From Candidatus Aenigmarchaeota archaeon LH_S7 (lineage in GTDB: Archaea > Aenigmatarchaeota > Aenigmatarchaeia > QMZS01), in assembly GCA_023659895.1 (NCBI GenBank), contig JAGXOL010000001.1, positions 15,757 to 79,756 of the forward strand: 64,000 nucleotides of DNA, written 5' to 3'. The notes beneath the pieces were generated by a model. That model did not search any database, was not told the DNA's origin, and saw only the letters and a program-made list of their open reading frames with translations. Shown here piece after piece: positions 21,101 to 28,765 of the stretch. The position numbers were made by a program, and so were the translations under genes. How positions within the stretch are numbered: the stretch's first letter is position 1; each line of letters starts with the position of its first letter.

Positions 21101-21788
21101 CAAGCCATTTCTTTTTTGAGATAAAATAGATAAACATTAATCTGTTCAGGAACTGTAAGGTAAATTCATGTGATTCTTTTCTTGGGATATTCTGTTTATT
21201 CACTTCATCCCTCAATGTAAAAAATATTTTCTTATAATCTTCAAAAAATGCTTCTGTTACTCTTTCAACGCTAAATGCTTTCTTCCATTTTCTCCAAACA
21301 TCACGCCAGTTAGTTTCTCCTTCATAACGAATATTCGAAAGAGTTTCAATAATAGTATAACCTTCTTTTTTGTTTATAATTTCGTCTCTATCTATAATCA
21401 ATTTTGTTAGTTTTAGTTTATGTTCGCCTTTTTCAGTTTTTTCACGATTCGGTAACATAAATACAATTTCAGAATAATCAGTTGCAAAAATCAATAAAAA
21501 GTGTAAATATTGTTTATCAAAAGCTGTTGTAACAGATCTTATAAAAGAAGGGTTCAATGTTTTTGTTTCAAGCAAAAAAACAGGTAGGTTCTCACCAAAA
21601 CTTGTAATTGAATACAAGTTCTTAATTCTTTGAACATCATCTTTTTTGAAATTAAAGGATTCTTTTTTTCTTTTCGTAGTTTTATAAGAATAGTTCAAAT
21701 GACTAAACAAAGTAAAAATATCATCTGCAGATTTAATTTTGCCAATATGCTGGTGTATTTTTCTCCTCAATCCTATATTATCTTCCAT
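18102..21788 (-). CDS. Eco57I-like N6-adenine DNA methyltransferase with C-terminal specificity region
   Basis: GIFYTPR, DPACGSGAF, IGNPPYVRQE, FITSNSWL. Confidence 0.92.
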   Translation of the reverse strand: MEDNIGLRRKIHQHIGKIKSADDIFTLFSHLNYSYKTTKRKKESFNFKKDDVQRIKNLYSITSFGENLPVFLLETKTLNPSFIRSVTTAFDKQYLHFLLIFATDYSEIVFMLPNREKTEKGEHKLKLTKLIIDRDEIINKKEGYTIIETLSNIRYEGETNWRDVWRKWKKAFSVERVTEAFFEDYKKIFFTLRDEVNKQNIPRKESHEFTLQFLNRLMFIYFISKKKWLEYPKFVGWLWKSYKNLGKYNSNEFYEIWLKQIFLKAFNNRSNEITGYPEEVNRVISNSPYLNGGLFKENDLDKLKVEITDKLFQNIFDFFEKYNFTIKEDIPLDQEVAVDPQMIGYVYESLANVAEEIYDRNDLGIFYTPRVEVDFMCRRVIVEYLSKHLPDIPKDKIYHLVFDSPEEKEKLKKEFGDKKIWYEIERVLDNLSAVDPACGSGAFLVGLLNVLAELYRMVYANIKNDLTDFELKKRILQYSLYGVDVMPWASHAAELRLWLQLIVEGEFKKEELRKHPLLPNLNLNLRVGDSLIQEIGGLSFNLRTNEDIKPHLREQLDNLKQEKRKYFENSPTVKFKTPEAVRSEETRLFEEIIDERIEGLKKDTESLENNMKKQGKQVGLFNSEINVEAEVYLKEKEKINATEKEIQQFEEEIEKLKKIKELLKNPEKKPFVWDIDFAEIFGDKNGFDIVIGNPPYVRQEKISPPNKLKAEITLKDRKEYKEKLIKSVKNIFPIINKINKKSDYYTYFYFHGLGLLNEKGTFCFITSNSWLDVGYGRNLQEFLLRYAPVTAIYDNPKRSFAHADVNTIIALFGAPIIKDKRIEGLNVDGKKDWPMLNHTAKFVMFKKPFEEVLNTKNLIEIENAKVKTRGETITELVKNVKTTQDYRVFPILQGDLLEDGWEYPENYDKKDRFKAGSYEGNKWGGKYLRAPDIFYTILEKGKGKLVELGKIAKVSPGIKSGINKFFYLDKDKIKKLGIEKEYLKQILKTPKEYETIILNESNLRFYVLYCNKSKKQLKGTNILSYIEWAEKQKKDGIKYTEIPSVKGRNNWYSTGEVKAPDFIFSSQIGERFIVPFNNITCFLDYNLYGLYFKENNKENICCMLNSAISFLFYETLGRFSLGEGLNKPMIYEVRKFFIPNPNKINSSFLKKIFGKISKRKVHSIFEEFGLDPSKPIREQEPKPLPDRAELDKIIFDELGLTEEERKEVYWSVCELVKQRLEKAGSLRR

Positions 21789-21904
21789 ATTTGAAACTAC
21801 TATTTCTTATGTTCATTATTTATCAAAAGTTATTTTAAGTGTCATAATATATAAATAAAACTAATATGATTATAGGATAAACATATAGTAAACTTCTTAA
21901 TATA

Positions 21905-21913
21905 CCCCCAGCG
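21905..21913 (+). repeat. attR-like copy of tRNA-Ser 3' end (CCCCCAGCG)
   Basis: Exact 9-bp GC-rich match to 8146-8154 in an AT-rich intergenic region. Confidence 0.6.
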
Positions 21914-22010
21914 AAGCCTTTAAAATAAGGAAGACTATAAAGTGAAGAAAGAATCGACAAAAAGCGAATAAGATTTCTTTTAAATATAATTAAAATACCT
22001 ATTTTTTATC

Positions 22011-22373
22011 ATGGCAGAAGTTAAGGGAGAACTAGGTCTTCTCCTTTGGTTGTTAATGGTAGCAATCCTGGCTTATGCAGGAGTTTCAGTGACATCAGGA
22101 TTTGTTGGTGGTATAGTGATTGCGTCAGCATGGCTTTTCGTGAGAAGCGCTTTGCAGAGCTTTGGTGTTAAAGATAAAACCGTACACAATTTGTTTTTAT
22201 CAGCAGCAGGTTTCGCTTTGTTTGCAGCATCCTTTGAATTACTTTTAGTAGCTGTTCAATCAATAGCAGGAGGGATGTTTTGGATTAATTATTTGATTTC
22301 ATTAGGCTATGTACTTTCATGGATAACTGCTTTGGTAGCTTCACTAACATTGGCTGTGAAAAACTTTTCTTAA
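22011..22373 (+). CDS. Small multi-pass membrane protein
   Basis: Four hydrophobic segments. Confidence 0.7.
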   Translation: MAEVKGELGLLLWLLMVAILAYAGVSVTSGFVGGIVIASAWLFVRSALQSFGVKDKTVHNLFLSAAGFALFAASFELLLVAVQSIAGGMFWINYLISLGYVLSWITALVASLTLAVKNFS

Positions 22374-22388
22374 TTTTTTCTTTTTTAT

Positions 22389-23584
22389 AAATCAAAGGCA
22401 AGAAAACTCCCGAATTTATTCGTAGAGATGAATTGCCCTTAAATAGTTTAAAAACATAATTAAATATGGTTAGAGTCAGAAAAACAATTAAATGTAAAAT
22501 AATAAAACCAACAGAGTTAAAATTAAAACATTTAAACAAAGAATATAATAATGTCCAAGAACTGCTACAATTAGAATCTAAAGGAATTGAATTTCTGCCA
22601 ATCTTTCATTCTCTAAAGAAAAAAGTTTATTCTGCTAACTTACAACAGGCTTTAAGATTTTACAAGAAGATTAAACCAAATAAAGAATATCCAATATCCT
22701 TTAGAAAGGATTTGTTAGAAGTCAGGAAAACAGATAACAAACTATCTAAATATTGGGTTAAAATACCTACTAAACAAAGAAAAGGTGGTTTAAAATTAGC
22801 AATTAAATCACAACCTTTTAATTTTAAGGATTATGAGATTTGTGAATCCAAACTATTTAAAAAGAAAAATAATTGGTTTTTAAATCTAACAGTTCAAAAG
22901 GAAGTTGAACTGAATAATACTTATGACTCTGTTCTTAGTCTTGATTTGGGACAGAAGTATATGGGCGTATCAGTGATGCATCCATCTACTTTAATGATTC
23001 CTAAATTCTACGGCAAAGAAGTCAGAGGAATAAGAAGAAACTACGACTATATTAGGAAGCAACTTGGCAAAAATAAACTACTTAAAGAAATAAAAAGATT
23101 TGGACAGAAAGAGCAAAGAAAAGTAACTGATTGTCTCCATAAAATCTCTAATGAAATAGTGGATTTGGCTCTAACCAGTAATTCTACTATTGTTGTTGGA
23201 GACCTGAAAGGGATTAGAAAATCAGCAAAAGGTAAAGGTAGAAAGTTCAATAGGATTGTTTCAAATATGCCTTATCTGGAGTTAATTCAAATGCTTGAAT
23301 ACAAAGCAAATTGGGAAGGAATAAGGGTAATTAAAGTAAATGAAAGAGGAACAAGTCATACCTGCTCCAAATGTGGTAATGAAGGTTCAAGACCAAAGCA
23401 GGGAGTTTTCAATTGTTCTGTTTGTGGATTAAAAGACTATAATGCAGATGTGAATGGTGCTTCTAATATAGGTAATAAATTGTCTTCTGGGTATATCTTG
23501 GAAGATGGGGCAACCTTGACTTTGCCCGAAACTGATGTATATGAGACATCAGAATCTTCTGACTTTAGTCGTGGAGAATGTCAA
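22389..23584 (+). mobile_element. IS200/IS605-family solo-tnpB element, copy 1
   Basis: Left end AAAGGCAAGAAAACTCC plus hairpin; right end GAAT-hairpin-TCAA; left boundary approximate. Confidence 0.85.
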
Positions 23585-23590
23585 AAATAA
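22466..23590 (+). CDS. tnpB: TnpB RNA-guided endonuclease (rearranged RuvC-II)
   Basis: LDLG, VGDL, VNERGTS, CxxC...CxxC, NADVNGA. Confidence 0.92.
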   Translation: MVRVRKTIKCKIIKPTELKLKHLNKEYNNVQELLQLESKGIEFLPIFHSLKKKVYSANLQQALRFYKKIKPNKEYPISFRKDLLEVRKTDNKLSKYWVKIPTKQRKGGLKLAIKSQPFNFKDYEICESKLFKKKNNWFLNLTVQKEVELNNTYDSVLSLDLGQKYMGVSVMHPSTLMIPKFYGKEVRGIRRNYDYIRKQLGKNKLLKEIKRFGQKEQRKVTDCLHKISNEIVDLALTSNSTIVVGDLKGIRKSAKGKGRKFNRIVSNMPYLELIQMLEYKANWEGIRVIKVNERGTSHTCSKCGNEGSRPKQGVFNCSVCGLKDYNADVNGASNIGNKLSSGYILEDGATLTLPETDVYETSESSDFSRGECQK

Positions 23591-23604
23591 TGCTCTACGT
23601 AATA
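23481..23604 (+). ncRNA. Predicted omegaRNA of tnpB copy 1 (scaffold plus flanking guide)
   Basis: Hairpins TCTTCTGGG..CTTGGAAGA and GGGCAA..TTGCCC, then the right-end hairpin; the same 5' boundary is kept in the mini element. Confidence 0.6.
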
Positions 23605-24237
23605 AATTTTAAAACCTATGAACAAGCCACAGGTACAAACAGTATAAGATTGGCTAACATAATCTCTGAAATAAAAAATAAATTAGAGGCAGACATACTC
23701 GCAAGCCCACAAATTGCTGATTTGGAAAAAATAAGCAAGATAACACCTTCCTTGGCACAGCATGTTGATCCTATTAATTATGGTTCTCACACAGGTCATG
23801 TCTTGTCGCAATCAATAAAAGAAGCTGGTGCACAAGGTAGTTTAATAAATCATTCTGAAAGAAAACTTTCTCTGGAGAAAATAAAATCTTGTATTGATAA
23901 ACTGAAATCTCTTGAAATGAAATCAATCTGTTGTGCAGGTGATTTGAAAGAAGCAATGGAAATAGCAAAGTTTGCTCCTGATTACATAGCTTATGAGGAC
24001 CCTGAGTTGATAGGCAGTGGAAAGTCAATTTCTAAGTACAAGCCAGATAACATTGAAAGATTTGTTAGTGTTTTGAAGGATATAAATTCTGAGATTATTC
24101 CTCTTTGTGGTGCTGGTATTTCAACTAAGGATGATGTAGAATCTTCCAAGAAATTAGGTGCTAAAGGTGTTTTAGTTGCTTCTGCAGTTGTTAAGGTAGA
24201 AAATCAAAGAGAAGCTTTGTTGAATTTGATTTCTTAA
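23590..24237 (+). CDS. tpiA: Triosephosphate isomerase (archaeal type)
   Basis: INFKTY, AQHVD, GSHTG, NHSE, YEDPELIG, CGAGI, GVLVASA. Confidence 0.95.
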   Translation: MLYVINFKTYEQATGTNSIRLANIISEIKNKLEADILASPQIADLEKISKITPSLAQHVDPINYGSHTGHVLSQSIKEAGAQGSLINHSERKLSLEKIKSCIDKLKSLEMKSICCAGDLKEAMEIAKFAPDYIAYEDPELIGSGKSISKYKPDNIERFVSVLKDINSEIIPLCGAGISTKDDVESSKKLGAKGVLVASAVVKVENQREALLNLIS

Positions 24238-24268
24238 TTATTTAATTTTAACAGTCTAATTATTTTAT

Positions 24269-24603
24269 AGCCCCGTCGTCTAGTGGCCAAATTCTTCTTT
24301 CTTTAGAAAAAAAGAAGCTTTTGATAGGAAGAAAGAAAAGGAAGGCTAAACTCCCGTTTTGGATGGAACCTTCCTCATAAACCTTGGGTTTATGGGGCCC
24401 CGAAAAACAAGTTTTTCGAGGTTTTAAAAAGGTTCCAGGGTTATGGATGCTGGCCTTTGGATATCAAAGGTTGGAGAAGCTAAAAAATTATTTTGGCTTC
24501 TATGATAGAAGACAGCCAGAGACCGCGGTTCGAATGGAACATCAAAAAGATAAAATTTACCAAATCCAAAAGAAAATAAGTTTCGGGAATCCGCGCGGGG
24601 CTA
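24269..24603 (+). tRNA. tRNA-Gln(TTG) with introns at 21/22 (24291-24444, probably two tandem introns), 37/38 (24461-24513) and 59/60 (24535-24589)
   Basis: Spliced AGCCCCGTCGTCTAGTGGCCAAGGATGCTGGCCTTTGGAGCCAGAGACCGCGGTTCGAATCCGCGCGGGGCTA folds as a cloverleaf with A1-U72; BHB helices at each junction. Confidence 0.92.
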
Positions 24604-24609
24604 TTAAAT

Positions 24610-24923
24610 GTGACTTCCTCTCCCTGAATAAATTCAGGAGCTTCCTTAACCAAAACACTGTTTTGAATACAGAAGGCTGGCGAGGTTCTAAAGTCACTAA
24701 CAAAACTTACTATAGCAGAGGTTTTGGTCTGACACGCTTTAGTTTAGGGCTGAGTCACCTTTTTCAGATGCCTTATTTCACTATTGTAGGGTCAGCAACC
24801 CCGTCTTCCAAGATATACCCAGAAGACAATACAGGACATGTCCGTCCATATTTAATTATGTTTTAAAAGTATTAAAGGACAATTGAGCTACACGATTTAA
24901 ATCAGGAGTTTTCTTGCCTTTGG
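24610..24923 (-). mobile_element. Non-autonomous tnpB-derived mini element (ends plus omegaRNA, ORF deleted)
   Basis: Same left end, promoter and ATG as the tnpB copies, then TTGTCTTCTGGGTATATCTTGGAAGA scaffold and GAAG-hairpin-TCAC right end. Confidence 0.85.
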
Positions 24924-24956
24924 TTAAATATAAATAATTTAAAACAAAATAATTTT

Positions 24957-25808
24957 ATGAAGAAAGGTGTTAGCTCAGTAATGAGTATTATTTTATTAGT
25001 TGTTGTGGGAACCTCTTTGTCAGGTGTGGCTTATCATACTTATACTTCTATGACTAAGGATATTATTTCTGTTCAGGAAAAGCAGATAATAGGTGAGTTA
25101 GAGTTAGAAGAGTCAAAGGTAAGAATAGAAAAGGTTGGATATTGTAGTGTTAATATTAGGAATGTGGGAGACAATGATATAGATGTTAGTTCTTTAGAGG
25201 TTTATATAAATGATAAACATTTTAAAATTCCTACTACAGAAAATATTTTAGAAAAAAATGAGAACATCAGAATTAAGATAACTAGAGATATGTTGTCTGA
25301 TTTGGAAGCAGATATTTCTTTAAAAGTTGGAGGAAAAGTTAATGATATTGGAAGAATTATCTGTCCAATTCCAGTAAATGGTACCTTAAGAAAAAATAAT
25401 TGCAAGTCTGATGAAGTTTGTGTAATTGCTTTTTCTGCTCTTAATAATTCCCATGTTGAAGATTGTTCAGAAGGAAATTATCTTTATAAATTGTGTGTAG
25501 ATAATATTAATAATGTAACGATTACTTCTTCTGATTGTTCTGATGAAGAAGGTAGTCTTATTACTATGTCAGGGAATACAAATGCTCAAGTTGAGGAATA
25601 TCATTTACCTATAACAGGTTTTGCAACCAAGAAAAATGTTTGTATAAATTCTTCTTTAGGAGATGTAAATTGTATTTATGGTAATTGTTCGTCAAGTTAT
25701 TATAATCCGCTTTTTTCAATTTCAAACTTAACAATTTCAGAGTCAGCAAACGCTCATGTAGGAGATAAAGAGCACTATAACAAAGTAGTTTGCTGTAGGA
25801 TTCAATAA
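24957..25808 (+). CDS. Archaeal type IV pilin-like surface protein with Cys-rich C-terminus
   Basis: Class III signal peptide MKKG|VSSVMSIILLVVV; repeated NAH/QVE Cys-rich units. Confidence 0.75.
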   Translation: MKKGVSSVMSIILLVVVGTSLSGVAYHTYTSMTKDIISVQEKQIIGELELEESKVRIEKVGYCSVNIRNVGDNDIDVSSLEVYINDKHFKIPTTENILEKNENIRIKITRDMLSDLEADISLKVGGKVNDIGRIICPIPVNGTLRKNNCKSDEVCVIAFSALNNSHVEDCSEGNYLYKLCVDNINNVTITSSDCSDEEGSLITMSGNTNAQVEEYHLPITGFATKKNVCINSSLGDVNCIYGNCSSSYYNPLFSISNLTISESANAHVGDKEHYNKVVCCRIQ

Positions 25809-25840
25809 AAAGATTTTATTATAAATAAGAAACTATAATT

Positions 25841-26284
25841 ATGGTAGAAGAGTATGAAGTGGTTCCTATCACTCCTTTGAGAAAAATAGAAAAAAGGTTG
25901 GAAAAAATGGAGCAAGGATCTCCTGGATACAATGCTGTTTTGAGAGACTTGACAGAAATGATGAAGGAGAATCAAAAAGTAGTTGATAATCTGGTGAATA
26001 CGAACTCAGAACTTATATCAAATATAGGAACTTTATCAGAGAAGTTGGGTGAGCTGACTAAGAAGTTTGATGATTTTATGGATAGCATAGAAGTTGCGGA
26101 AACGAGTGAAGAACCAGAAGAATTTAAAACTTTGAAGGAACAGAACAAGAAATTGGAGGACACGAACCAGGAATTATCTGATAGACTGAAGAAACTGGAG
26201 AAGAGAACGAAAATGGCAGCTTTGAGTAGGTATTACTATCAAAGACCTCAACAACAAGGAAGTCAGAAAGGAGGGCAGTATTAA
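25841..26284 (+). CDS. Coiled-coil hypothetical protein
   Basis: YEVVPITPLRKIEKRLEK start, heptad pattern. Confidence 0.75.
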   Translation: MVEEYEVVPITPLRKIEKRLEKMEQGSPGYNAVLRDLTEMMKENQKVVDNLVNTNSELISNIGTLSEKLGELTKKFDDFMDSIEVAETSEEPEEFKTLKEQNKKLEDTNQELSDRLKKLEKRTKMAALSRYYYQRPQQQGSQKGGQY

Positions 26285-26286
26285 TT

Positions 26287-26625
26287 ATGGGAGAAGAAAA
26301 AAAGAAGGTGAATTTTGATATAGACCAAAATAAAGAGGGTTTTTACGCGAATAATATAGCAATTTTTAATAATCCTACTGAATTTGTCCTTGATTTTACT
26401 CAAGTCACACCAAGAATAAATATGGTTGAGGAAAAACAAATAGTTACTTATGTGGTCAAGCATAATGCTGTTGTCCTAGAACCAAAGCAGGCAAAAAATT
26501 TCTTTAATTTGTTAAAAGAGAATATTGAGAGATACGAGAAGAAATTTGGTAAGATACAACTACCAAAAGGAAAAAAGCAGAAGAAAGAGGGTTTACCAAA
26601 GAATTTTTCTGATTATATAGGTTAA
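26287..26625 (+). CDS. DUF3467-like protein
   Basis: FYANN...EFVLDFTQ...AKNFFNLLKENIERYEKKFGKI. Confidence 0.8.
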   Translation: MGEEKKKVNFDIDQNKEGFYANNIAIFNNPTEFVLDFTQVTPRINMVEEKQIVTYVVKHNAVVLEPKQAKNFFNLLKENIERYEKKFGKIQLPKGKKQKKEGLPKNFSDYIG

Positions 26626-26654
26626 TTTGTTTTTATTTTTAAATAACTTTAATT

Positions 26655-26813
26655 ATGGCAAAGGAGAAAAGAAGAATGCCTATGACAAATGCTGGATTAA
26701 TAAATTATTCAGAGGAGGTAGAGGAAGGTATTAACTTAAGACCAGAGATTATATTAGGGGTTGGTTTTGGCATTTGTGCTCTTGTCTTGATATTGAGATT
26801 TGTGTTGATTTGA
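26655..26813 (+). CDS. secG: Preprotein translocase subunit Sec61beta (absent from ORF track)
   Basis: MAKEKRRMPMTNAGLINYSEE...LRPEIILGVGFGICALVLIL: AGL-x-Y motif plus a C-terminal TM. Confidence 0.85.
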   Translation: MAKEKRRMPMTNAGLINYSEEVEEGINLRPEIILGVGFGICALVLILRFVLI

Positions 26814-26882
26814 TTTTTGTATTTTTTATGAGGTATTAGCTTATTCTCTATAATCTCTTCTTTTTTTAGAGGTAATAGATAT

Positions 26883-27263
26883 TTATTTTTTGTTCTCATC
26901 TTTTTTACTTGTTTTTTTCTCTTTACTCTTTTCCTCTTTTTCAGTTTTTTTCTTCTCTTTTACCTTGACCTCTTTTTCGTTCAAAACTTTTATTTTGTTT
27001 TTTGAGCAGTATTCTTGGATTTTTGCCCTCTTTTTATTTCCTATTTTGGAACTAATTACAATTTCCTTGGGTTTTTTTTCTTCTAGTTCATTTAGATTGC
27101 TTATAAATGGAATCTCCTCTTTTTTTGGTGTTTTATATCCTATTTTTGGTTTAAGGCCTTTCTTACCTTTTTTTATTTTGTTGGAAATCCCACGGGGCTT
27201 TCTCCACTTTCTTTTCAGTCTTTTAAACCTCCCTTCTTCAGATCTTTCAAATATTAATTTCAT
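26883..27263 (-). CDS. rpl32e: 50S ribosomal protein L32e
   Basis: KWRKPRGISNK, PKIGY. Confidence 0.9.
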   Translation of the reverse strand: MKLIFERSEEGRFKRLKRKWRKPRGISNKIKKGKKGLKPKIGYKTPKKEEIPFISNLNELEEKKPKEIVISSKIGNKKRAKIQEYCSKNKIKVLNEKEVKVKEKKKTEKEEKSKEKKTSKKDENKK

Positions 27264-27291
27264 AACATATAGAGAAATTTTATAAAGTAGT

Positions 27292-28173
27292 TCATTTTGT
27301 GGTTACAATAGGGTTTTTCAACACTAGAAGGGTGTGTTCAGAATGTGATATTTTGGAATCTCCTTTTAAAATTCTGTGTACACCCAAACAATTCCTGTCT
27401 GTTAGCTCCTTTAATGCAAGTCTTAATTTTATTCTACTTATATCTAACCAGCGATCTGAGAAAGGCATCCCTTCCCTATCTCTAAATTTTTCAATTATCT
27501 CGCGAGCTTCTTTTGTTCTACAAGGTTTTTCTTGCATCAGGGAATATGTTAAAGCGCGGTCATCATCTTTCTCTTTAATGAAATTTCTCCCTCGGGTTGC
27601 GAAGGGCTCTATTGCTATTGTTTGACCTTCTTGCAATTTGTAATGATAATCATTGTTATAGTTTGGAACTCTTGGCTCTGCGTGAACTAAAAATCTTTCC
27701 AATCCGTGGCCTGTAAGGTTTGTTATAGGGTTTAAATTGTAGTTTTTAATTGTTTCTTCTATTTTGGTTGCTATCTCATTTACATCTATTCCTGGCTTAA
27801 CAAGTTTTATTGCCTCCTGTAGAGCTTTGTCAGTTGCTTCCACTAAAATTTTATCTTCTTCTGAAAGTGCAACTGTGCAAGCAGTGTCCGCAATATAACC
27901 CTCAAAAGAAACACCAACATCCAACTTAACCAAATCATTTTCCTTGATTGTTGTTTCATCCCCTTTGTTAGGTGAGTAGTGAGCAGCAATTTCATTAATT
28001 GAGATGTTTAAAGGCCAAGCAGGGATTCCCCCTAATTCGCGAGTCCTTTTTTCAACTTGCTCAGCAATGTCAATAATCTTAGTTCCTGGCTTCACCATGG
28101 ATTTACCTTCCTCTCTAACAGTTTTAGCAATCTCACCAGATTTCTTGTATTTGTCAATAATCTTTTGGTCCAT
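27292..28173 (-). CDS. map: Methionine aminopeptidase type II
   Basis: AAHYSP, KLDVG, DTA, LTGHG, AIEPF, SEHT. Confidence 0.96.
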   Translation of the reverse strand: MDQKIIDKYKKSGEIAKTVREEGKSMVKPGTKIIDIAEQVEKRTRELGGIPAWPLNISINEIAAHYSPNKGDETTIKENDLVKLDVGVSFEGYIADTACTVALSEEDKILVEATDKALQEAIKLVKPGIDVNEIATKIEETIKNYNLNPITNLTGHGLERFLVHAEPRVPNYNNDYHYKLQEGQTIAIEPFATRGRNFIKEKDDDRALTYSLMQEKPCRTKEAREIIEKFRDREGMPFSDRWLDISRIKLRLALKELTDRNCLGVHRILKGDSKISHSEHTLLVLKNPIVTTK

Positions 28174-28233
28174 TTTTAATTTAGGATAAAAATTATTTAG
28201 ATTACAGATAAAGTCCCAAGAAAGCTACCGATT

Positions 28234-28671
28234 TTAGTGAGGGGAGAGTGTCAATTTTTTCTGTTCTTTTTCTACTACTGCTTTTTTTTCTCCAGAGGGT
28301 TTTTTGATTGTTCCACCAGCTTTGCTTATTTTTTCCTCAACTGTTTTGCTCCATTTATCCGCAATTATTTCAACTTTTTTATTTAACTCTCCTTCTCCAA
28401 GAAGTTTCATATATCCAAGTTCTTTTAAATTGATTTTGTTTCCTTTGAATTTTTCCAAATCCTTCAAGTTAATTACTTTTTCTTCTCCTTCCTTCTTCAA
28501 GGTTCTGTGAACAAAGTAATTAGGATTTTCTTTTAAGGTCTTAAAAATCTTGTGAGTTTTTGAGCCAGCCATTCCACTACCTCCTTTGTTACCTTTTCCT
28601 CTGTGCCTTTTTTTGCGGCCATAGCCACAGCTCCTTGAACCACGCATCTTCTGAGTTTTAGTTTTTCCCAT
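28234..28671 (-). CDS. rpl15: 50S ribosomal protein uL15
   Basis: RGSRSCGYG, GGSGMAG, KLLGEG, KISKAGG. Confidence 0.93.
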   Translation of the reverse strand: MGKTKTQKMRGSRSCGYGRKKRHRGKGNKGGSGMAGSKTHKIFKTLKENPNYFVHRTLKKEGEEKVINLKDLEKFKGNKINLKELGYMKLLGEGELNKKVEIIADKWSKTVEEKISKAGGTIKKPSGEKKAVVEKEQKKLTLSPH

Positions 28672-28672
28672 A

Positions 28673-28763
28673 AGAACTTTTTTTATGAAATAATTTAAAA
28701 AGGTTCTACCGAAGGTTTATGGGGCCCGAAAACAAAGTTTTTCGAGGTTTCTAAAGGCTTCCA
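28673..28763 (+). repeat. Intergenic copy of the tRNA-intron hairpin repeat
   Basis: 28714-28763 nearly identical to 24387-24437 inside the tRNA-Gln intron; preceded by GAACTTTTT..AAAAAGGTTC hairpin. Confidence 0.8.
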
Positions 28764-28765
28764 AA

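Larger units (their letters stand above)
8155..21913. mobile_element. Decayed genomic island integrated at tRNA-Ser 3' end
   Basis: CCCCCAGCG at 8146-8154 (tRNA 3' end) recurs at 21905-21913; integrase-like remnant next to the tRNA; defence-type cargo. Confidence 0.7.

Noticed and set aside
23161-23220. TnpB catalytically dead (TldR-like) because RuvC-II Glu is Gly
   Set aside because: Compensating Glu in VNERGTS and both Asp residues are present
24384-24866. 160-aa ORF on + strand
   Set aside because: Overlaps tRNA-Gln exons/introns and the mini element; no protein-like motifs
26705-26899. 64-aa minus-strand ORF
   Set aside because: Overlaps the better supported Sec61beta gene on the + strand
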